From Eledone cirrhosa (Eukaryota), in the NCBI GenBank assembly GCA_964016885.1, contig OZ024743.1:26040001-26104000 (forward strand): a stretch of DNA of 64,000 nucleotides, given 5' to 3'. Each line of letters starts with the position of its first letter. Within the stretch, counting starts at the first letter, position 1. This document shows positions 26,030 through 40,283 of the stretch, in pieces. The position numbers and the translations under genes were made by a program. A model generated the notes under the pieces. The model ran no database searches. It was not told the origin of the DNA and saw only the letters and a program-made list of their open reading frames with translations.

Positions 26030-26455
26030 CAAAATTTAATTTCGTTTCGTTATTTGTTTTTATCGTCTCCGTTGAACCGGTACGTACTCACGCTCTATGC
26101 AAATTAGTCTGCCCACTACTAATTTTCATAGAAAAAGCATATAACGATATGTGCTTTTACGATTCTCCAGAAAGGCCGGAAGATAGGTAACTATTGCTGA
26201 TGAGTTGTAACAACAACGAAACTAGTTCAATATTCCTTGTCTGGCTTTCTGGAGAATAGAGGAAAGGTGTTTCCTCAAAAACCAGTATGACTCTAAAAAC
26301 CGGTTTGTCTGTGTGTTTACATACAGAATAGCTGGACACTCACAGTAAAGTGACCAGTGAAAAACTTGGTACATCTACATATGTATACGTGTGTGTATTC
26401 ATGTGCATACTAGTATTTCAGTATACATATGTGGATGTACATTTTTAACTTAATT

Positions 26456-26486
<31 letters not shown>

Positions 26487-26491
<5 letters not shown>

Positions 26492-26840
26492 ACTAGAGGT
26501 TGATTAACATATAAATATACATGAATAATCACAGGAGATAATTTTTGCTCGCGTGTAACCACGCATAGCTAGTATATGTAATATTTACCTTTAACAGTAA
26601 ATATTAAAGGTAAATATTACCTATACTAGCTATGCGTGGTTACACGCGAGCAAAAATTATCTCCTGTGATTATTCATGTATATTTATATGTTAATCAACC
26701 TCTAGTTATTATAATATGCTCGGATTTATCTTTGAGCTTAAATTCCCAGGATTTATGGCGCATGCCTTATGTCGTGGCACCCATGATTTCGATTTAGATT
26801 AAATTCATTTAATTCATTTTATCGTAATTTTGGATTTAGA
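26487..26840. repeat. ~105 bp-arm palindrome plus tail between (TA)n tracts, in each complete unit; direct copy of the right arm and tail at 27142-27375
   Basis: ataactagaggttgattaac...cctttaa pairs with ttaaagg...gttaatcaacctctagttat; same geometry as the PLE fold-backs. Confidence 0.8.
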
Positions 26841-27370
26841 TATATATATATACGGCTCCTTAATTGTAGAGCTATTTCTGTTGAAGAGAATTTGACTGCT
26901 ATTTCTAGTTGTCGAATACCTATTCACGCCACTGAAACGAAACCGCTATCTTGTGTGGACGCAACACGTGCTGGCGGCTAGTTGAAGATTTGAACTCACT
27001 CTGTAAGGACGAATAGCTAGAAATTATTAAACTTTCCGTGCTGACAATCCAATAATATCCACTATCCGTGACTTACAATCTGATTAATTGGTTAAATATA
27101 TTTCTTTAATGGGATATATACAAGGAAAGGTTAATCACTCTTAAAGGTAAATATTACCTATACTAGCTATGGGGGGTTACACGCGAGCAAAAATTATCTC
27201 CTGTGATTATTCATATATATTTATATGTTAATTAACCTCTAGTTATTATAATATGCTCGGATTTATCTTTGAGCTTAACTTCCCAGGATTTATGTCGCAT
27301 GCATCATGTCATGGCACCCATGATTTCGATTTCGATTAAATTCATTTAATTCATTTTATCGTAATTTTGG

Positions 27371-27441
<71 letters not shown>

Positions 27442-27605
27442 GATGCTCCCTAAACGAGTGACACTTTCTTGCAGAATACATATTTGTTCCAATAAAACAA
27501 AGTATTCTATGAAAATATTTCACTGAAATAGAAGAAAATTCAACTACCAAGTGGATTTAAATTTTAATACAAATCTTTGCAAGAGGTAAAAGTAAATACA
27601 TACTA

Positions 27606-28713
27606 TACATTAGCCGAGAATGGAACACGGGTCGTACACGTGGAAAGCGACTATTCTACCATTGAACAACTCCATAGCTACTAGACACCATCCCATATTA
27701 CATTATATCATAGCCACTAAATATCACTACTTCCCCAATATATCATTATATCATAGCTACTACACACCACCACTACTACAACATACTACATTATATCATA
27801 GCTACTACACACCACCACCACCACAGATGGATAATGATAGCCTGCAATCGAGATTTCCCTGAGGCTCGGCCTCCGGAACTGCGAGCCACACAAATGTCGC
27901 TGCAGATCCACCGTAGACATTTTCGGCCTCCACTCGCAGTCCTGTCGCTACAAAGCCGGTCGCCTTTCACGCTATGTTGCCCTCATCGCGGTCATAAAGT
28001 ATGGCTTGGATGCTGCAAGCTTCCCATCCCAGATCGAGCCGGCGGGATGGACCGAGGAGACGACAATAGGTCTGATGGCATGACAATCTTCCCGTTCCGT
28101 GGTGGTATACCCCATATCTGGAATGTCACATACAGCGATACATTCTCCAGCTGCAACCCAGGCGCTGGTGCACTTCAGGCCGAGGAGGGTTAACTCTCCA
28201 AATATCGCTCGCTCTCCGATAGATTTGCCGTCGAGCCTGTAGCAGTAGACATTTCTCATGTCCTCGACCCTAGGGCCACCTCCCTACTCATTACCACCGG
28301 CACAGAGTAGGATACCCGCAGAGGTGAGCCTCGCCAGCTGGAATGGCTCTTCCAGTGCATCTCTCACCAAATGTCCGGGCAAACGCCTTCTCTATTCTGT
28401 CCGCCGGAACCGCGGGTTGGCCATCCACCGGGGCGGCGGTGCAGCCAGCTCGTGGGCCCCCATTTGTTCATAATAGTGAGTGATGGGGAGAGCGGGAGAG
28501 ACAGAGCTAATAACAGTAGGAGTTTGGTTCCTTCGTGCTCAGACTTGATGCATATATATATGTTTCACGGGAACACACTCACACTGAAAACAATATCACA
28601 AATCATTTAACATTAATGATATAAGGGAAGAATTCAAACTATCTTGAATATTGATGCAACAAAAGACAATCAAAAGGGAGAATGGATGACCATCAAGAGG
28701 AAGAAACTGATGT
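27606..28713 (-). pseudogene. Degenerate tRNA-Gly(TCC-like) split by a 1037 bp insertion (copies 33007-34114, 38398-39505, 43815-44967, 48847-49954, 53712-54819)
   Basis: 27606-27671 (66 nt) plus 28709-28713 (5 nt) gives 71 nt, colinear with the uninterrupted paralog 61270-61340. aact is duplicated at both junctions. Confidence 0.7.
27825..28562 (+). mobile_element. 3' end of a CRE-type (RLE) non-LTR retrotransposon, decayed
   Basis: Frameshifted DNDSL..ISLRLGLRNCEPHKCRC..TVDIFGLH..SC..AGRLSR..LDAA.FPSQIEP..DRGDD.RSDGMTIFPFRGG..WNVT..DTF..AEEG..SKYRSL..EPVAV; zinc knuckle plus PD-(D/E)xK-type nuclease. Confidence 0.85.
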
Positions 28714-29185
28714 ACGTGTGTTTCTGTTACAGATTGAAGTCATATCATGTATATTAATTCGTTTTGCATTTAGTATGATATTGAGAAATGTAATAGTTCT
28801 CATTTGAAATGACTGCAGCTCGTCTGAAGAAGGATCCCCACAAGGTGGGGTGGCTGTTGTAACAGCTCTCACTAACCATTGTCCGTGGTCTTGCATTTTC
28901 CATTTTGTCCGCTACATTTACCTTTGCCATTTAATCCGTGGAGCAGAGCCGAACAACAATCTGAATTATGTGTACAGTTTGTCACCCTCTAGCCTTGCCT
29001 TTTCTTTAGATTCTTGATAATCCTTACTCTTTCTCTCCTTTTCCTATAACAGAATATATACTTGTTAAATTTGTAAAATTTAATAATGTTACGTATAAAA
29101 GTAACATTGAAATAGTATATGGTATCAAGTGGATCTAAATTTTAAAGCAATAACATCGATTAATGAGGATTAAAACTTAATAAAA

Positions 29186-29256
29186 TGCATCGGCCGGGAA
29201 TCGAACCCGGGCCGCCCGCGTGGCAGGCGAGCATTCTACCACTGAACCACCGATGC
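29186..29256 (-). tRNA. tRNA-Gly(GCC)
   Basis: Identical to 24299. Confidence 0.97.
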
Positions 29257-30246
29257 TCACGGGAATGCGATTTTATTATATTCCTATCTAGCGCTACATT
29301 TATATTTGCATTCAATGTGATATTGCAGAAAGACTCGGTTCTCATTCTGTCTACAACATATGTCTTGGCTAATTATTGTAACACGTCAGATACAGGGAAT
29401 AATTCCCTGGAGACATATAGCATCTCACTATTACACTATATATATATATATATATATATACTGGATGGATCCAAACTGAAACTGGTTGGACCATTACTCA
29501 TCAGAGTACTCGATACTTGGCGTAGTAAAATATGGTTACATTATAATGAGTCGGGACTCGACAGCCGAGCTCTTACCATTTCAACAGCTACTTTCGGAGT
29601 CTGGAACGGCAAGAGCTCAGCCGTAGAGTCCCGACTCTTTATAATATATATATTTATATATATGCAAAAGGCATAGAGAAATAACAATGTAAACAACACA
29701 AAACAATGAGGAAATATATTATTACTTTTACGCTTGATATAGTAGAAAAAGAGTCTTAACGATTCGCACGCTAGTCCTTCATCAGAATACTCTTGAGGAT
29801 TATGTATTAATTATATTTATATCTAACGTTTCAATTATATTTACATTCAATGTAATACTGCATAGTGTCTTAGTTCTCAATTTGAATGACAGCAACTCGT
29901 CTCAGGGAATGACCCACACGAGGTGGGGGGAGCTGTTGCAACAGGCGTCGTTGGCCTGTGTCCGGGGTCTTGCATTTACCATTTTGCCCGTAGGACAGAG
30001 CCTAAACAGCAATCTAACTTAAGTGGACAATTTGGCAACCTCTACACTTCCCTCTTTCTTCCGTTTCTTAATAATCTTTGCTTATTCTCTCCCTTTCCCT
30101 TTCTAGAAAATATATCTGTTAAAATTGTAACAAGATAATCTATTTTTTAAAAATCATAGAATAATAGAAAACCATTGATCACCTGGCAAGTAGATTTTAA
30201 TTCTAAAACATTCATAATGTATTACGGGATTCAAAACTTAATAAGA

Positions 30247-30317
30247 TGCATCGGCCGGGAATCGAACCCGGGCCGCCCGCGTGGCAGGCGAGCATTCTAC
30301 CACTGAACCACCGATGC
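30247..30317 (-). tRNA. tRNA-Gly(GCC)
   Basis: Identical to 24299. Confidence 0.97.
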
Positions 30318-30757
30318 TCACGGGGATGAGACATTAATTATATTCATATATAGCGTTACAATTATATCTGTATTGGGCGGTGGATTGGCTGTATGGGTAG
30401 AGGGTCGGACGCCATGCTTTGACGCATAGAGTTACGGCCCTTGCCAATCTGAGTTCAAATCACGCCGAGGTTAACTTTGCCGCCTTTCATCCTTACGGTG
30501 TCGATAAAATAAAGTACCAGTAATGCACTGTGTAATTGCTGGCATTGTGCCAAAAGTAGAAACAATTATATTTGCATTCAATGTGATATTGTAGAGAGAC
30601 TTAGTTCTCGTTCTCTCTACAACATATATCTCGTTAACTATTTATTATAACACGTCTGATACAGGCAATAATTCACTTGAAAGCTTATCGCATCTCCCTA
30701 TTACACTATATGTGTGTGTGTGTGTGAGTATACATATGAATGCATATATATATATAC

Positions 30758-30802
<45 letters not shown>

Positions 30803-30841
30803 CATATGAATATATATATATTTATATATATATATATATAT

Positions 30842-31364
30842 ATTGTTATACTTTGGGAGGGTCATGTTGCCAATAAGAAACACACGCACCAGTTGCTTTC
30901 ACTTCAATTTAATTTAATATATATTTATAAATTTACAAATTTATAAATTTCTGGTTGGTTGGTTGGTTCCACAACCAGATAGTTGTTTATATATATATAG
31001 TCATAGTTCTTTCGTCACACACTCTGTGACCTCTTCAGTGACTGGGGATTTCTTTCTTCGTTTCTGTGCCTTTCCTTTCTTCTATCCTACGCCATTTTTC
31101 CCCAGTCACTGAAGAGGTCACAGAGTGTGTGACGAAAGAACTATGACTATATATATATAAACAACTATCTGGTTGTGGAACCAACCAACCAACCAGAAAT
31201 TTATAAATTTGTAAATTTATAAATATATATTAAATTAAATTGAAGTGAAAGCAACTGGTGCGTGTGTTTCTTATTGGCAACATGACCCTCCCAAAGTATA
31301 ACAATATCGGTTTCAACACACGATTTCAGATAAAGAATCTTGCTAAACAAATTCAGAAACGAAA
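30842..31364. mobile_element. Unit-2-specific Penelope-like fold-back insertion with mirror hammerheads
   Basis: Perfect ~205 bp arms 30840-31047 and 31100-31307. Hammerhead 31104-31148: agtca-CTGAAGA-ggtcaca-gagtg-tgtgac-GAAA-gaac-TA-tgact. Termini are related to the 12813 PLE. Confidence 0.85.
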
Positions 31365-31814
31365 TATATATATATATATATATAAAAACAAAATTTAATT
31401 TCGTTTCGTTATTTGTTTTTATCGTCTCCGTTGAACCGGTACGTACTCACGCTCTATGCAAATTAGTCTGCCCACTACTAATTTTCATAGAAAAAGCATA
31501 TAACGATATGTGCTTTTACGATTCTCCAGAAAGGCCGGAAGATAGGTAACTATTGCTGATGAGTTGTAACAACAACGAAACTAGTTCAATATTCCTTGTC
31601 TGGCTTTCTGGAGAATAGAGGAAAGGTGTTTCCTCAAAAACCAGTATGACTCTAAAAACCGGTTTGTCTGTGTGTTTACATACAGAATAGCTGGACACTC
31701 ACAGTAAAGTGACCAGTGAAAAACTTGGTACATCTACATATGTATACGTGTGTGTATTCATATGCATACTAGTATTTCAGTATACATATGTGGATGTACA
31801 TTTTTAACTTAATT

Positions 31815-31852
<38 letters not shown>

Positions 31853-32740
31853 ACTAGAGGTTGATTAACATATAAATATACATGAATAATCACAGGAGAT
31901 AATTTTTGCTCGCGTGTAACCACGCATAGCTAGTATAGGTAGTATTTACCTTTAAGAGTAAATATTAAAGGTAAATATTACCTATACTAGCTATGCGTGG
32001 TTACACGCGAGCAAAAATTATCTCCTGTGATTATTCATGTATATTTATATGTTAATCAACCTCTAGTTATTATAATATGCTCGGATTTATGTTTGAGCTT
32101 AAATTCCCAGGATTTATGGCGCATGCATTATGTCGTGGCACCCATGATTTCGATTTAGATTAAATTCATTTAATTCATTTTATCGTAATTTTGGATTTAG
32201 ATATATATATACGGCTCCTTAATTGTAGAGCTATTTCTGTTGAAGAGAATTTGACTGCTATTTCTAATTGTCGAATACCTATTCACGCCACTGAAACGAA
32301 ACCGCTATCTTGTGTGGACGCAACACGTGCTGGCGGCTAGTTGAAGATTTGAACTCACTCTGTAAGGACGAATAGCTAGAAATTATTAAACTTTCCTTGC
32401 TGACAATCCAATAATATCCACTATCCGTGACTTACAATCTGATTAATTGGTTAAATATATTTCTTTAATAGGATATATACAAGGAAAGGTTAATCACTCT
32501 TAAAGGTAAATATTACCTATACTAGCTATGCGGGATTACACGCGAGCAAAAATTATCTCCTGTGATTATTCATATATATTTATATGTTAATTAACCTCTA
32601 GTTATTATAATATGCTCGGATTTATCTTTGAGCTTAACTTCCCAGGATTTATGGCGCATGCATTATGCCATGGCACCCATGATTTCGATTTCGATTAAAT
32701 TCATTTAATTCATTTTATCGTAATTTTGGATTTATATATA

Positions 32741-32838
<98 letters not shown>

Positions 32839-33225
32839 ATATGATGCTCCCTAAACGAGTGACACTTTCTTGCAGAATACATATTTGTTCCAATAAAACA
32901 ATGTATTCTATGAAAATATTTCACTGAAATAGAAGAAAATTCAACTACCAAGTGGATTTAAATTTTAATACAAATCTTTGCAAGAGGTAAAAGTAAATAC
33001 ATACTATACATTAGCCGAGAATGGAACACGGGTTGCACACGTGGAAAGCGACTATTCTACCATTGAACAATTCCATACCTACTAGACACCATCCCATATT
33101 ACATTATATCATAGCCACTAAATATCACTACTTCCCCAATATATCATTATATCATAGCTACTACACACCACCACTACTACAACATACTACATTATATCAT
33201 AGCTACTACACACCACCACCACCAC

Positions 33226-33963
33226 AGATGGATAATGATAGCCTGCAATCGAGATTTCCCTGAGGCTCGGCCTCCGGAACTGCGAGCCACACAAATGTCG
33301 CTGCAGATCCACCGTAGACATTTTCGGCCTCCACTCGCAGTCCTGTCGCTACAAAGCCGGTCGCCTTTCACGCTATGTTGCCCTCATCGCGGTCATAAAG
33401 TATGGCTTGGATGCTGCAAGCTTCCCATCCCAGATCGAGCCGGCGGGATGGACCGAGGAGACGACAATAGGTCAGATTGCATGACAATCTTCCCGTTCCG
33501 TGGTGGTATACCCCTTATCTGGAATGTCACATACAGCGATACATTCTCCAGCTGCAACCCAGGCGCTGGTGCACTTCAGGCCGAGGAGGGTTAACTCTCC
33601 AAATATCGCTCGCTCTCCGATAGATTTGCCGTCGAGCCTGTAGCAGTAGACATTTCTCATGTCCTCGACCCTAGGGCCACCTCCCTACTCATTACCACCG
33701 GCACAGAGTAGGATACCCGCAGAGGTGAGCCTCGCCAGCTGGAATGGCTCTTCCAGTGCATCTCTCACCAAATGTCCGGGCAAACGCCTTCTCTATTCTG
33801 TCCGCCGGAACCGCGGGTTGGCCATCCACCGGGGCGGCGGTGCAGCCAGCTCGTGGGCCCCCATTTGTTCTTAATAGTGAGTGATGGGGAGAGCGGGAGA
33901 GACAGATCTAATAACAGTAGGAGTTTGGTTCCTTCGTGCTCAGACTTGATGCATATATATATG
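33226..33963 (+). mobile_element. CRE-type 3' fragment (unit 2)
   Basis: Copy of 27825-28562. Confidence 0.85.
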
Positions 33964-34586
33964 TTTCACGGGAACACACTCACACTGAAAACAATATCAC
34001 AAATCATTTAACATTAGTGATATAAGGGAAGAATTCAAACTATCTTGAATATTGATGCATCAAAAGACAATCAAAAGGGAGAATGGATGACCATCAAGAG
34101 GAAGAAACTGATGTACGTGTGTTTCTGTTACAGATTGAAGTCATATCATGTATATTAATTCGTTTTGCATTTAGTATGATATTGAGAAATGTAATAGTTC
34201 TCATTTGAAATGACTGCAGCTCGTCTGAAGAAGGATCCCCACAAGGTGGGGTGGCTGTTGTAACAGCTCTCACTAACCATTGTCCGTGGTCTTGCATTTT
34301 CCATTTTGTCCGCTACATTTACCTTTGCCATTTAATCCGTGGAGCAGAGCCGAACAACAATCTGAATTATGTGTACAGTTTGTCACCCTCTAGCCTTGCC
34401 TTTTCTTTAGATTCTTGATAATCCTTACTCTTTCTCTCCTTTTCCTATAACAGAATATATACTTGTTAAATTTGTAAAATTTAATAATGTTACGTATAAA
34501 AGTAACATTGAAATAGTATATGGTATCAAGTGGATCTAAATTTTAAAGCAATAACATCGATTAATGAGGATTAAAACTTAATAAAA

Positions 34587-34657
34587 TGCATCGGCCGGGA
34601 ATCGAACCCGGTCCGCCCGCGTGGCAGGCGAGCATTCTACCACTGAACCACCGATGC
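34587..34657 (-). tRNA. tRNA-Gly(GCC), C48A variant
   Basis: g>t at 34612 relative to the other copies. Confidence 0.9.
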
Positions 34658-34834
34658 TCACGGGAATGCGATTTTATTATATTCCTATCTAGCGCTACAA
34701 TTATATTTGCATTCAATGTGATATTGCAGAAAGACTCGGTTCTCATTCTGTCTACAACATATGTCTTGGCTAATTATTGTAACACGTCAGATACAGGGAA
34801 TAATTCCCTGGAGACATATAGCATCTCACTATTA

Positions 34835-34880
<46 letters not shown>

Positions 34881-35665
34881 TGGATGGATCCAAATTGAAA
34901 CTGGTTGGACCATTACTCATCAGAGTACTCGATACTTGGCGTAGTAAAATATGGTTACATTATAATGAGTCGGGACTCGACAGCCGAGCTCTTGCCATTT
35001 CAACAGCTACTTTCGGAGTCTGGAACGGCAAGAGCTCAGCCGTAGAGTCCCGACACTTTATAATATATATATTTATATATATGCAAAAGGCATAGAGAAA
35101 TAACAATGTAAACAACACAAAACAATGAGGAAATATATTATTACTTTTACGCTTGATATAGTAGAAAAAGAGTCTTAACGATTCGGACGCTAGTCCTTCA
35201 TCAGAATACTCTTGAGGATAATGTATTAATTATATTTATATCTAACGTTTCAATTATATTTACATTCAATGTAATACTGCATAGTGTCTTAGTTCTCAAT
35301 TTGAATGACAGCAACTCGTCTCAGGGAATGACCCACACGAGGTGGGGGGAGCTGTTGCAACAGGCGTCGTTGGCCTGTGTCCGGGGTCTTGCATTTACCA
35401 TTTTGCCCGTAGGACAGAGCCTAAACAGCAATCTAACTTAAGTGGACAATTTGGCAACCTCTACACTTCCCTCTTTCTTCCGTTTCTTAATAATCTTTGC
35501 TTATTCTCTCCCTTTCCCTTTCTAGAAAATATATCTGTTAAAATTGTAACAAGATAATCTATTTTTTAAAAATCATAGAATAATAGAAAACCATTGATCA
35601 CCTGGCAAGTAGATTTTAATTCTAAAACATTCATAATGTATTACGGGATTCAAAACTTAATAAGA

Positions 35666-35736
35666 TGCATCGGCCGGGAATCGAACCCGGGCCGCCCGCG
35701 TGGCAGGCGAGCATTCTACCACTGAACCACCGATGC
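35666..35736 (-). tRNA. tRNA-Gly(GCC)
   Basis: Identical to 24299. Confidence 0.97.
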
Positions 35737-36178
35737 TCACGGGGATGAGACATTAATTATATTCATATATAGCGTTACAATTATATCTGTATTGGGCGGT
35801 GGATTGGCTGTATGGGTAGAGGGTCGGACGCCATGCTTTGACGCATAGAGTTACGGCCCTTGCCAATCTGAGTTCAAATCACGCCCAGGTTAACTTTGCC
35901 GCCTTTCATCGTTACGGTGTCGATAAAATAAAGTACCAGTAATGCACTGTGTAATTGCTGGCATTGTGCCAAAAGTAGAAACAATTATATTTGCATTCAA
36001 TGTGATATTGTAGAGAGACTTAGTTCTCGTTCTCTCTACAACATATATCTCGTTAACTATTTATTATAACACGTCTGATACAGGCAATAATTCACTTGAA
36101 AGCTTATCGCATCTCCCTATTACACTATATGTGTGTGTGTGTGTGTGAGTATACATATGAATACATATATATATATAC

Positions 36179-36270
<92 letters not shown>

Positions 36271-36281
36271 ATATGAATATA

Positions 36282-36304
<23 letters not shown>

Positions 36305-36313
<9 letters not shown>

Positions 36314-37199
36314 TTAATTTCGTTTCGTTATTTGTTTTTATCGTCTCCGTTGAACCGGTACGTACTCACGCTCTATGCAAATTAGTCTGCCCACTACTAA
36401 TTTTCATAGAAAAAGCATATAACGACATGTGCTTTTACGATTCTCCAGAAAGGCCGGAAGATAGGTAACTATTGCTGATGAGTTGTAACAACAACGAAAC
36501 TAGTTCAATATTCCTTGTCTGGCTTTCTGGAGAATAGAGGAAAGGTGTTTCCTCAAAAACCAGTATGACTCTAAAAACCGGTTTGTCTGTGTGTTTACAT
36601 ACAGAATAGCTGGACACTCACAGTAAAGTGACCAGTGAAAAACTTGGTACATCTACATATGTATACGTGTGTGTATTCATATGCATACTAGTATTTCAGT
36701 ATACATATGTGGATGTACATTTTTAACTTAATTGTTTAAGCGTCAGTCATACAAAAGTGAGTTACAAACGAAACGAAATTTAATTTCGTTTCGTTATTTG
36801 TTTTGATCGTCTCCGTTGGACCGGTACGTACTCACGCTCTATGCAAATTAGTCTGCCCACTACTAATTTTCATAGAAAAAGCATATAACGATATGTGCTT
36901 TTACGATTCTCCAGAAAGGCCGGAAGATAGGTAACTATTGCTGATGAGTTGTAACAACAACGAAACTAGTTCAATATTCCTTGTCTGGCTTTCTGGAGAA
37001 TAGAGGAAAGGTGTTTCCTCAAAAACCAGTATGACTCTAAAAACCGGTTTGTCTGTGTGTTTACATACAGAATAGCTGGACACTCACAGTAAAGTGACCA
37101 GTGAAAAACTTGGTACATCTACATATGTATACGTGTGTGTATTCATGTGCATACTAGTATTTCAGTATACATATGTGGATGTACATTTTTAACTTAATT

Positions 37200-37203
<4 letters not shown>
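36305..37203. repeat. 466 bp tandem duplication in unit 3 (also unit 4, 41702-42603, 467 bp period)
   Basis: Duplicated ORF-track hits 36435/36901 and 41834/42301, with a junction (gcgtcagtcatacaaaagtgagttacaaacg) found only in these two units. Confidence 0.9.
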
Positions 37204-37237
<34 letters not shown>

Positions 37238-38112
37238 ACTAGAGGTTGATTAACATATAAATATACATGAATAATCACAGGAGATAATTTTTGCTCGCGT
37301 GTAACCACGCATAGCTAATTAAGTAATATTTACCTTTAAGAGTAAATATTAAAGGTAAATATTACCTATACTAGCTATGCGTGGTTACACGCGAGCAAAA
37401 TTATCTCCTGTGATTATTCATGTATATTTATATGTTAATCAACCTCTAGTTATTATAATATGCTCGGATTTATCTTTGAGCTTAAATTCCCAGGACTTAT
37501 GGCGAATGCATTATGTCGTGGCACCCATGATTTCGATTTAGATTAAATTCATTTAATTCATTTTATCGTAATTTTGGATTTAGATATATATATACGGCTC
37601 CATAATTGTAGAGCTATTTCTGTTGAAGAGAATTTGACTGCTATTTCTAGTTGTCGAATACCTATTCACGCCACTGAAACGAAATCGCTATCTTGTGTGG
37701 ACACAACACGTGCTGACGGCTAGTTGAAGATTTGAACTCACTCTGTAAGGACGAATAGCTAGAAATTATTAAACTTTCCTTTCTGACAATCCAATAATAT
37801 TCACTATCCGTGACTTACAATCTGATTAATTGGTTAAATATATTTCTTTAATGGGATATATACAAGGAAAGGTTAATCACTCTTAAAGGTAAATATTACC
37901 TATACTAGCTATGCGGGGTTACACGCGAGCAAAAATTATCTCCTGTGATTATTCATATATATTTATATGTTAATTAACCTCTAGTTATTATAATATGCTC
38001 GGATTTATCTTTGAGCTTAACTTCCCAGGATTTATGGCGCATGCATTATGTCATGGCACCCATGATTTCGATTTCGATTAAATTCATTTAATTCATTTTA
38101 TCGTAATTTTGG

Positions 38113-38229
<117 letters not shown>

Positions 38230-38616
38230 ATATGATGCTCCCTAAACGAGTGACACTTTCTTGCAGAATACATATTTGTTCCAATAAAACAATGTATTCT
38301 ATGAAAATATTTCACTGAAATAGAAGAAAATTCAACTACCAAGTGGATTTAAATTTTAATACAAATCTTTGCAAGAGGTAAAAGTAAATACATACTATAC
38401 ATTAGCCGAGAATGGAACACGGGTCGTACACGTGGAAAGCGACTATTCTACCATTGAACAACTCCATACCTACTAGACACCATCCCATATTACATTATAT
38501 CATAGCCACTAAATATCACTACTTCCCCAATATATCATTATATCATAGCTACTACACACCACCACTACTACAACATACTACATTATATCATAGCTACTAC
38601 AAACCACCACCACCAC

Positions 38617-39354
38617 AGATGGATAATGATAGCCTGCAATCGAGATTTCCCTGAGGCTCGGCCTCCGGAACTGCGAGCCACACAAATGTCGCTGCAGATC
38701 CACCGTAGACATTTTCGGCCTCCACTCGCAGTCCTGTCGCTACAAAGCCGGTCGCCTTTCACGCTATGTTGCCCTCATCGCGGTCATAAAGTATGGCTTG
38801 GATGCTGCAAGCTTCCCCTCCCAGATCGAGCCGGTGGGATGGACCGAGGAGACGACAATAGGTCTGATGGCATGACAATCTTCCCGTTCCGTGGTGGTAT
38901 ACCCCTTATCTGGAATGTCACATACAGCGATACATTCTCCTGCTGCAACCCAGGCGCTGGTGCACTTCAGGCCGAGGAGGGTTAACTCTCCACATATCGC
39001 TCGCTCTCCGATAGATTTGCCGTCGAGCCTGTAGCAGTAGACATTTCTCATGTCCTCGACCCTAGGGCCACCTCCCTACTCATTACCACCGGCACAGAGT
39101 AGGATACCCGCAGAGGTGAGCCTCGCCAGCTGGAATGGCTCTTCCAGTGCATCTCTCACCAAATGTCCGGGCAAACGCCTTCTCTATTCTGTCCGCCGGA
39201 ACCGCGGGTTGGCCATCCACCGGGGCGGCGGTGCAGCCAGCTCGTGGGCCCCCATTTGTTCTTAATAGTGAGTGATGGGGAGAGCGGGAGAGACAGATCT
39301 AATAACAGTAGGAGTTTGGTTCCTTCGTGCTCAGACTTGATGCATATATATATG
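38617..39354 (+). mobile_element. CRE-type 3' fragment (unit 3)
   Basis: Copy of 27825-28562. Confidence 0.85.
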
Positions 39355-39977
39355 TTTCACGGGAACACACTCACACTGAAAACAATATCACAAATCATTT
39401 AACATTAATGATATAAGGGAAGAATTCAAACTATCTTGAATATTGATGCATCAAAAGACAATCAAAAGGGAGAATGGATGACCATCAAGAGGAAGAAACT
39501 GATGTACGTGTGTTTCTGTTACAGATTGAAGTCATATCATGTATATTAATTCGTTTTGCATTTAGTATGATATTGAGAAATGTAATAGTTCTCATTTGAA
39601 ATGACTGCAGCTCGTCTGAAGAAGGATCCCCACAAGGTGGGGTGGCTGTTGTAACAGCTCTCACTAACCATTGTCCGTGGTCTTGCATTTTCCATTTTGT
39701 CCGCTACATTTACCTTTGCCATTTAATCCGTGGAGCAGAGCCGAACAACAATCTGAATTATGTGTACAGTTTGTCACCCTCTAGCCTTGCCTTTTCTTTA
39801 GATTCTTGATAATCCTTACTCTTTCTCTCCTTTTCCTATAACAGAATATATACTTGTTAAATTTGTAAAATTTAATAATGTTACGTATAAAAGTAACATT
39901 GAAATAGTATATGGTATCAAGTGGATCTAAATTTTAAAGCAATAACATCGATTAATGAGGATTAAAACTTAATAAAA

Positions 39978-40048
39978 TGCATCGCCCGGGAATCGAACCC
40001 GGGCCGCCCGCGTGGCAGGCGAGCATTCTACCACTGAACCACCGATGC
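39978..40048 (-). tRNA. tRNA-Gly(GCC), acceptor-stem variant (G7:G66 mismatch)
   Basis: g>c at 39985. Confidence 0.9.
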
Positions 40049-40225
40049 TCACGGGAATGCGATTTTATTATATTCCTATCTAGCGCTACAATTATATTTG
40101 CATTCAATGTGATATTGCAGAAAGACTCGGTTCTCATTCTGTCTACAACATATGTCTTGGCTAATTATTGTAACACGTCAGATACAGGGAATAATTCCCT
40201 GGAGACATATAGCATCTCACTATTA

Positions 40226-40283
<58 letters not shown>

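Noticed and set aside
27672-27825. CRISPR-like array
   Set aside because: It is a 45-bp degenerate minisatellite without unique spacers, in eukaryotic context with no cas genes.
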